A DNA stretch of 64,000 nt from contig NW_024704742.1 of the NCBI RefSeq assembly GCF_018977255.1, forward strand, positions 76,634,001 through 76,698,000, given 5' to 3'. Below, one piece after another: positions 60,698 to 64,000 of the stretch (the stretch's first letter is position 1; the number at the start of each line of letters is the position of its first letter). The stretch comes from Callorhinchus milii (lineage: Eukaryota). The translations under genes were made by a program, and so were the position numbers. The notes below the pieces were generated by a model. The model was given only the letters and a program-made list of their open reading frames with translations, was not told where the DNA came from and did no database searches.

Positions 60698-62424
60698 GTA
60701 AGTAATCTTTTTGCTGCATTTTCTTTGGTTCACTATGTGGCTAGACTCGTATTTACCAAATGCAGGAGTTTTTCACATCTAGGCTTGTTGGATATCGACT
60801 GTGATCCCGATGTGAAAGGCAGTATACAAATGCAATTTGTTTGTTGTTATTGATCTGGAGATCGAATGAGTCTCATACACCATTTAAAAATTAGACATCT
60901 TACAAAAAAAATTAAAAGGGAGCCCAAATTTGTGAGGAGAAGAAGCCTATTTTGTGTCTGACACACATCCGAGTCTCCAAGCCAGGTGTTAAATTAATAT
61001 TGAGAATTCAGGTTGAGTGTTGAATATTTATAACAATTCAACCTTAATATGGAATATTTATAACAGTTAAGATTTATGTAGAATAACCCTCATATTTGCG
61101 TCTGAGACTAACTACTGTGAATCAATGTTAGTTGAGGTATTAATTTACCTTCGAAAGTCAGCTTCCTTGGGGCAGATAATTTTATCTCCCTCATTGGCTC
61201 AGTTTAACCTCAGCCTCCCTCAGTTTAGCAAAGGTCAGAATAGCAAAGATACTCAAAGTGACAGAAAAACAAAATGATGGTCATAATGCTTTATAAAGTT
61301 TCTTTAAAAGGGACAACCCCTGATTTCATATGGTGAAATGCAGCTCCAAATTAATCCAAATGCATTTTCATTGATGGCAAGAAGTTTTTCACTTGCCATT
61401 GTTTTGCAGCTAAAAACATTTAGAAGTGTTACGTTTGAATTCTCTCCAAACATGCCTATATATTGGGATATTTCAATGCATTTTGGGAAGAAATGTACTT
61501 GCACATGTGCAAACCTACACTTTGCTCCCCCAATGCTAGTTTCTAATGGATTTGAAGCATTCAACTGATGTTTTAGAAAACTTCTTAGATCTTTTCACTG
61601 TCTGTTTTTGCTCCTTGACCATCGTAACCTTTTATTTGAAAAGACTGCAGGAATAAAATGATAAGAGAGGATGAAATATCTATGGAAACAGACTTAATTC
61701 ACTGCAGCACCAACTAGCATGTTCTTTTTGTGCACTTATAAATCAATCCCTCTTCTGATGGGCTAGATTTGACAGCTGCAGAGCTTGAGGTTACCAGACA
61801 TCGATACATGTCCAGTATTGTGAGGCAGAACAACATGAATAACAAATGAAATCCGGGAACAGGCTACAAGACTGCAGCACTCAAGAGAGTCGGTGACGAG
61901 CTGCAAAATTAAAGCTCTGCTGGTTTATTCAGTCCTTTTTACATGTGCTTTAGTCTTGAACACTATAATTGGCAGGATGGTAGCGGTTAGGAGGTCTATT
62001 GTTTGCTATTGTTTCTCCTAGATCTGTTAGAGATGCAGTTTTAGTTTGTTCTGTGCCAGCTAAATTTTCTTCCCTTTTACACGATTCCAATTCAAGAGCA
62101 GGATATCATTGGATCAGATGACCACATGGGAAGGTTTTACTGAGAAATTATTCAATTTGTGATGTCTAGAGTGTAACCCACATGGGGAATATACAGTACA
62201 TAAGAAATTACTGTGATTTTGACTGATAGACAGATGACAGTCAGAGTCTCTGCTTTAAAATTAATAGATTCAAATTAATTTTGTTTTCTCTGTTTTGCAT
62301 TATCAAGGAGTTGAATGTAAAGTGATATAAATTTGATTGTCCCATAAAACTTTAGGTGAAGTTTTTATTTTACTGACACTCCAACTAAAATAAGAGAAGT
62401 TTTTAACAAGTGGTTGAAAGCAAT

Positions 62425-63690
62425 CAACAACAACAAAATTACATTTATAGAGCGCCTTTCATGTCGGGAGGACATCCTAAAGCGCTGAACAGTCAGATGT
62501 CAGGGCCCGAGCATGAGGGAGGGGTGATCTAGGGGCGCGGGAAGGCAGAGAGGTGGGAGGGCGACCAAAGGTATGATCGAAGAGAAGGGTCTTGAGACCG
62601 GCCTTGAAGGAGGGAAGGGAGGAAACAAGGCTAAGGGACCGTGGGATGGAGTTCTAGAGTGTGGGGGTAGAGAAGTTGAAAGTCCGGCCACCGATGGTAG
62701 GGCGGGTCGGGCGGGAGACATGGAGCAGGCTGGAGCCTGCTGAACAGAGGGAGCGGGCAGGTTGGTAGGGAGTAGGCAGGTTAGAGAGATAGGAGGGGGC
62801 AAGGCCATGAATGGTTTTGAAAGTGAGGACGAGAATCTTGAATTTGATCCTCTGGGGGATGGGGAGCCAGTGGAGTCGGGAAGTGATGGGGTCGAGGAGC
62901 CTGGTGTGCAAGAGTACACGAGCTGCAGAGTTTTGGATGATCTGCAGCTTGTGAAGGGAAGAGTTGGGAAGGCCGATGAGGAGGGAGTTTCCATAATCAA
63001 GCTTTGATATGACGAATGTGTGGGTGAGGGTTTCGGCAGCCTGAGGGGTGAGGCAGTGGTGGAGTCTGGCAATGTTGTGGAGGTGGTGGTAGGCAGTGCC
63101 GGTCATGGCCCAGATGTGGGGGAGAAAGGACAGTTCAGGGTCAAACAAGTTACCCAGATTCCTGACTGACTTTGTGAGGTTGAGTGTGCAGCCGTGGATG
63201 CTGATGCTGCCAGCGCCCGAGGTGCGGAGGCGTTGGCGCGAGCCAATCAGGAGGGCCATGGTTTTGCTGACGATGAGTTGGAGAAAGTAGTCCCTCGTCC
63301 AGGACTTGATGTCGGACAGGCAGTCGGTCAGGACGCCAGTAGTCCTGGAGTTGAGGGTGGAGGCAGAGAGATAGAGTTGGGTGTCATCCGCATACATGTG
63401 GAAGTTGACCTCATGTCCTCAGATGATGTCAGCAAGAGGGAGCATGTAGATGTTGAAGAGGAGTGGGCCAAGGACAGAGCCCTGAGGAACGCCTCACGAG
63501 ATGACCAAAGGAGAAACTTTGTGGAGATGAAGTGGAGACTGTGTGAGAAGTAGGATCTGAACCAGAAAAGTACAGAATCAGGAAGGTTGAGGTGAGAGGA
63601 GAGGCGGTGGTTGAGGATTGAGTGGTTGACAATTATCGAAGCCAGTAGAGAGGTCAAGGAGCACCAGGAGGCGGAGGGAGCCCTGGTCGC
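62425..63690 (-). mobile_element. L2 RT/C-terminal fragment
   Basis: 247-aa frame YADDTQLY...VRNLG...KLDYGNSLL...LHWLPIPQRIKFK; (TTG)n tail. Confidence 0.9.
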
Positions 63691-64000
63691 AGATAGACAG
63701 ACAATTGGAATTCATTTCTTGTTTTCAATAAAAATAATTAGCTAAGAACTCATCAACTTGCTGTCTATTCTGTCAGCAGCAGAGCCTTGATCGGTTGGAT
63801 GCCCTTAAATTCTGAGTAGAAGTAATTGTGATATAATTGGGATGACTTTGTTGTCTTTCTGATGTGCTATGTTATGGGTTCCACGTTCTTGACTTGCCAT
63901 TTCTTCGTTGCTATGCTACCAATGTGTCATGGATACAAGAACATTGTCTATATCAATGTGTTACTGATAAGGTTTTCTATAGCTTTGACATGACAAAAGC

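Noticed and set aside
61401..61423. Candidate next UBA6 exon (ttttgcAG|CT AAA AAC ATT = AKNI)
   Set aside because: An in-frame TAG follows immediately and the expected VLAGIK plus donor is absent. The true exon is probably beyond the window.

Overview
Vertebrate nuclear DNA, most likely a cartilaginous fish. That assignment is an inference from the tail-less GnRH receptor and the L2/CR1/tRNA-SINE/Deu-SINE repeat content. Three spliced genes can be built by hand with canonical GT-AG junctions. (1) A complete tail-less 'mammalian-type' (type I) GnRH receptor on the + strand: join 853-1398, 2663-2870, 10124-10368; 332 aa ending DPLIYGYFSL*. (2) A complete type II-class GnRH receptor on the - strand, convergent with the first: join 27369-26809, 20505-20304, 18657-18380; 346 aa. 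Its ORF is intact but atypical: the TM7 DPxxY tyrosine is lost, the C-terminal tail is nearly absent, and Asn5.39 and Ala6.29 are substituted. (3) The 5' end of UBA6 on the + strand: a probable non-coding exon 1 at about 46126-46260 and coding exons at 57135-57175 and 60603-60697. UBA6 exon 1 sits between two multi-kb strand-skewed tandem arrays. The rest is retroelement debris (L2 LINEs, SINEs sharing the L2 3' tail, CR1 fragments, Penelope-like palindromes) plus several inverted repeats. The main points of interest are the linked type I/type II receptor pair at the GNRHR-UBA6 locus and the atypical second receptor.
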